In this document: positions 61,535 through 64,000 of the stretch, piece after piece
How the letters are laid out: each line of letters begins with the position of its first letter
How positions within the stretch are numbered: the stretch's first letter is position 1
Source of the DNA: Callorhinchus milii
Lineage: Eukaryota
DNA: 64,000 bases
Direction: 5' to 3'
Assembly: GCF_018977255.1 (NCBI RefSeq)
Contig: NW_024704743.1
Coordinates: 30,382,001 to 30,446,000 of the forward strand
The notes under the pieces: generated by a model
What the model saw: the letters and a program-made list of their open reading frames with translations, nothing else
What the model was told of the DNA's origin: nothing
The model's database searches: none
Made by a program: the position numbers and the translations under genes

Positions 61535-61915
61535 GTTGTGTTGTTAGCCTGGTTCATAGGACTCTTGCCTTACAGTTGTCGGTACAAGCCCACAGGCTGA
61601 CACTCCAGTATATTGCTGGGGAAAGCTGCATTGTCAGAGCTTCTGTCCTTGGCATGAAATGTTAAACCAAAGTCCCATTTGCCTGTTCAGGTGAATGTTA
61701 AAGATCCTATGACACGTTTTAAGAAAAGAAGGGAGTTTCTCTTGGTGTTCTGGTCAAAACTCTCTCTCTCTGTTTTAGGGGCATTGCTGGGTGCAAATTG
61801 GCTGCTGCATTTGCCTACACAGTTACTACACTTTGCAGTGAGTCCTGTGAAATGCTTTGAGATGTCCTCCTAATGTGAAAATTGATATATGAAATGCAAA
61901 GATTACTATTATTAT
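61535..61915 (+). mobile_element. Deu-domain SINE, near full length
   Basis: GTTAGCCTGGTTCA head, TTCAGGTGAATGTTAAAGATCC, TGCAAATTGGCTGCTGC, tail. Confidence 0.75.
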
Positions 61916-62669
61916 AGTAAAAGGTAGAGATTTATTAATGCAAAATTGAATTTATTAGAGGGAACAATCTTATCTTCTTATCAATTTCAAACTTCCCTAA
62001 CTTATCTTGAACATCTCAAATCATTGCCAGGTCTGTTTTTATACTTGTTGAGCCAGCATGTGAACATTGTCCTAGTGAGTTTTATTGTCACTGATGCTGA
62101 CAATTATTCTGATTCCATCAATGAGAATTTAATTTTAAAAATATGTTCAGCTGATTAGCATGAAATTCTATGGCTAAAATGTAACTATAATTTAAGGTAA
62201 TTTAAACTAGTTTTTCAAAAGAAACTGCAGGGATTTTTCTTTGACTTAAAAATAATCTTAAATTACGGTTTGAAAAACTACAGAAAACCAGCTTCCTAAT
62301 TAAAACAGAATTTAAGATTTTTGCAAAACTCAGCACAATCTTACATTTTAAAACAATGGTCTTAAGGCTAAGTCCTTGAGAATTTGGGGGCTTTGGTCTG
62401 TATGGTTGAACTACATTATTGGACAGTGGCTTTCCTAAATAAGCCATCAGGGAGTTTTTGGTGGCCTTGAATATCATCTGTTTTTTTCTGTTTTAAACCG
62501 CTCAGAGATCCGAAGGTCTTCTCGATTTTGTGCATTCTCTGAATGCAACATAAATAATCCTGCAAATCTCTTCAATAAATCCTGTCTCAATGGGTTTGGG
62601 TATCCACGGTACTTGCTATTATTTAATCAGAGAACTTCTCCAAATCTTGTTGCCGCTCCATTAAAAATG

Positions 62670-62875
62670 TTTTGTCACAACATTGTGAGGCAGCAGTAAA
62701 CAAGGCAAACAGGATGCTGGGCTATATTGCTAAATCAGTTGAGTTTGGGTCCCCAGGCGTCATCCGCAGGCTGAATAGTGCTCTGGTTAGACCACAACTT
62801 GAATACTACATAAAGTTCTGGACACCGGGAGATAAGGGGATTGCTCAGGCCCTACAGTCGGTGCAGAGAAGAGCA
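62670..62875 (+). mobile_element. CR1 RT C-terminal fragment
   Basis: SQHCEAAVNKANRMLGYI...ALVRPQLEY...LQSVQRRA. Confidence 0.9.
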
Positions 62876-62994
62876 GAAGGTTGTGGGTTCTTGTCCCAGA
62901 ATTATTATTATTTTAATTTACTGAACTGGCTTCAAATGCCGTGCTTGGTAGGATGGACATTGGAATCGAGTTAACCTTCTGTGGTGGTCTTAGT

Positions 62995-63368
62995 AGTAAT
63001 AATAATAATATCCTTGCATTTGATATAGCGCCTTATCACATCTTCGAGATGTCTCAAAGTGCTTCATAAAATATACTGTAAAGTGAATTGATTATATTTG
63101 TGTGGGCGAAATGCGGCAACCAATTGCACACAGCAGTGTCCCACAAATAGTCGTGGATTGAGTAACCAAATTTTTTTTTTTTGAAGGGATTATTACCCCC
63201 GGAAAAGCAATCCGCCAATCAACTAACAATCAGGTTCCTACTTTCTGTTAGGTGTACAGAGGTGTGTGGAGTAAGGAAACTTGCCCAAAATTTCGCTCTG
63301 CCTGGAATCAAACCCAAGTCCCCTCGTTTGCGAGGCGAGTGCTCTAACCACTAAGGTACAGGACTCCA
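62995..63368 (-). mobile_element. SINE-A long form, full length
   Basis: Tail, long-form insert, head ACAGGACTCCA. Confidence 0.9.
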
Positions 63369-63384
63369 GTTAGACTCCTGAACC

Positions 63385-63620
63385 AGTTTGGCCTGCCAGT
63401 TTCCAGGGCACTGATGCCAACCCTGGGGGCAGGGATTCTTCCCACTCAGGTCCCGTTAACCCTGTAAGCTTTAGCTCTAATGGCGGTCCAAGTTGGATTA
63501 ACAATGTGAGGCTTACCAGAGAGTGCTTTCAATGGCAAGCTATGTAGTTTTAGTTGATTAAACTCCAGCAGTACTCCAAAACACACTCTGGGTTCCCCAA
63601 CACTTAGCTCTCTGGAGTTA
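63385..63620 (+). mobile_element. CCHC non-LTR family 3' region
   Basis: GGGATTCTTCCCAC...GTTAACCCTG...CTCCAGCAGTACTCCAA shared with 23620-23760 (reverse complement) and 48975-49125. Confidence 0.7.
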
Positions 63621-64000
63621 TTAGCGGAGAGGAGCCTAAGTTTATTAGAACTAGTTAAACACATAGAGCCTGTGGCTGTTGTAGCAAGGTCTCCGAGCCC
63701 CCAGCAAGCTTTCTCTCTCTTTCTTTCTCTAGCGCAGTAAACAAAGCGTACAGAAGCTTAGGCCGCACAACTGACCAGAAGAGTAGAGGGGATTGTGTAG
63801 GTGAATGCTTGTAAGAGCGGTTGCAGGACATCAACCTGGAATAGGAATCATTGGGAATGAAAATTGACTTGATGGCTCTTTCCATGGAAATCGTTTATGA
63901 TGCATGTAGATCATAGAGTGATCTAAGAGCTTGTGAAGCATTAAAAAAACGTTACAGGTGAAACTGCTGTAACTCAACTGACCACAGCTGCGATCACCAG

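Noticed and set aside
63700..63810. Plus-strand exon after a strong pyrimidine tract
   Set aside because: The tract is a (CT)n-like microsatellite, the donor is weak (GTGAAT) and no recognisable peptide results.

Overview
Non-coding, repeat-dense vertebrate DNA, most likely a cartilaginous fish. That assignment is inferred from the repeat repertoire: Deu-domain/SacSINE1-like SINEs, L2 and CR1 LINEs, shark-type Penelope-like ends. It looks like a large intron or gene desert: I can support no intact protein-coding gene, and nearly all long ORFs lie in retroelement debris. The dominant repeat is a tRNA(Ala)-headed SINE ('SINE-A', >20 copies, long and short subfamilies) sharing a covarying 3' stem-loop with an L2 LINE (best copy 32398-33760, frameshifted RT). 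Also present are CR1 fragments, older DeuSINE-like copies, a CCHC-knuckle non-LTR family, one TA-flanked Tc1/mariner deletion derivative, and two inverted Penelope-like ends with decayed minimal hammerhead ribozymes. The most notable observations are a SINE-L2 chimera with a probable shared TSD, a SINE carrying an antisense copy of its own tail, and several inverted repeats and candidate conserved non-coding elements or micro-exons. I found no convincing novel biological system. Repeat boundaries were read by eye and are approximate, and family names are recalled resemblances rather than database hits.
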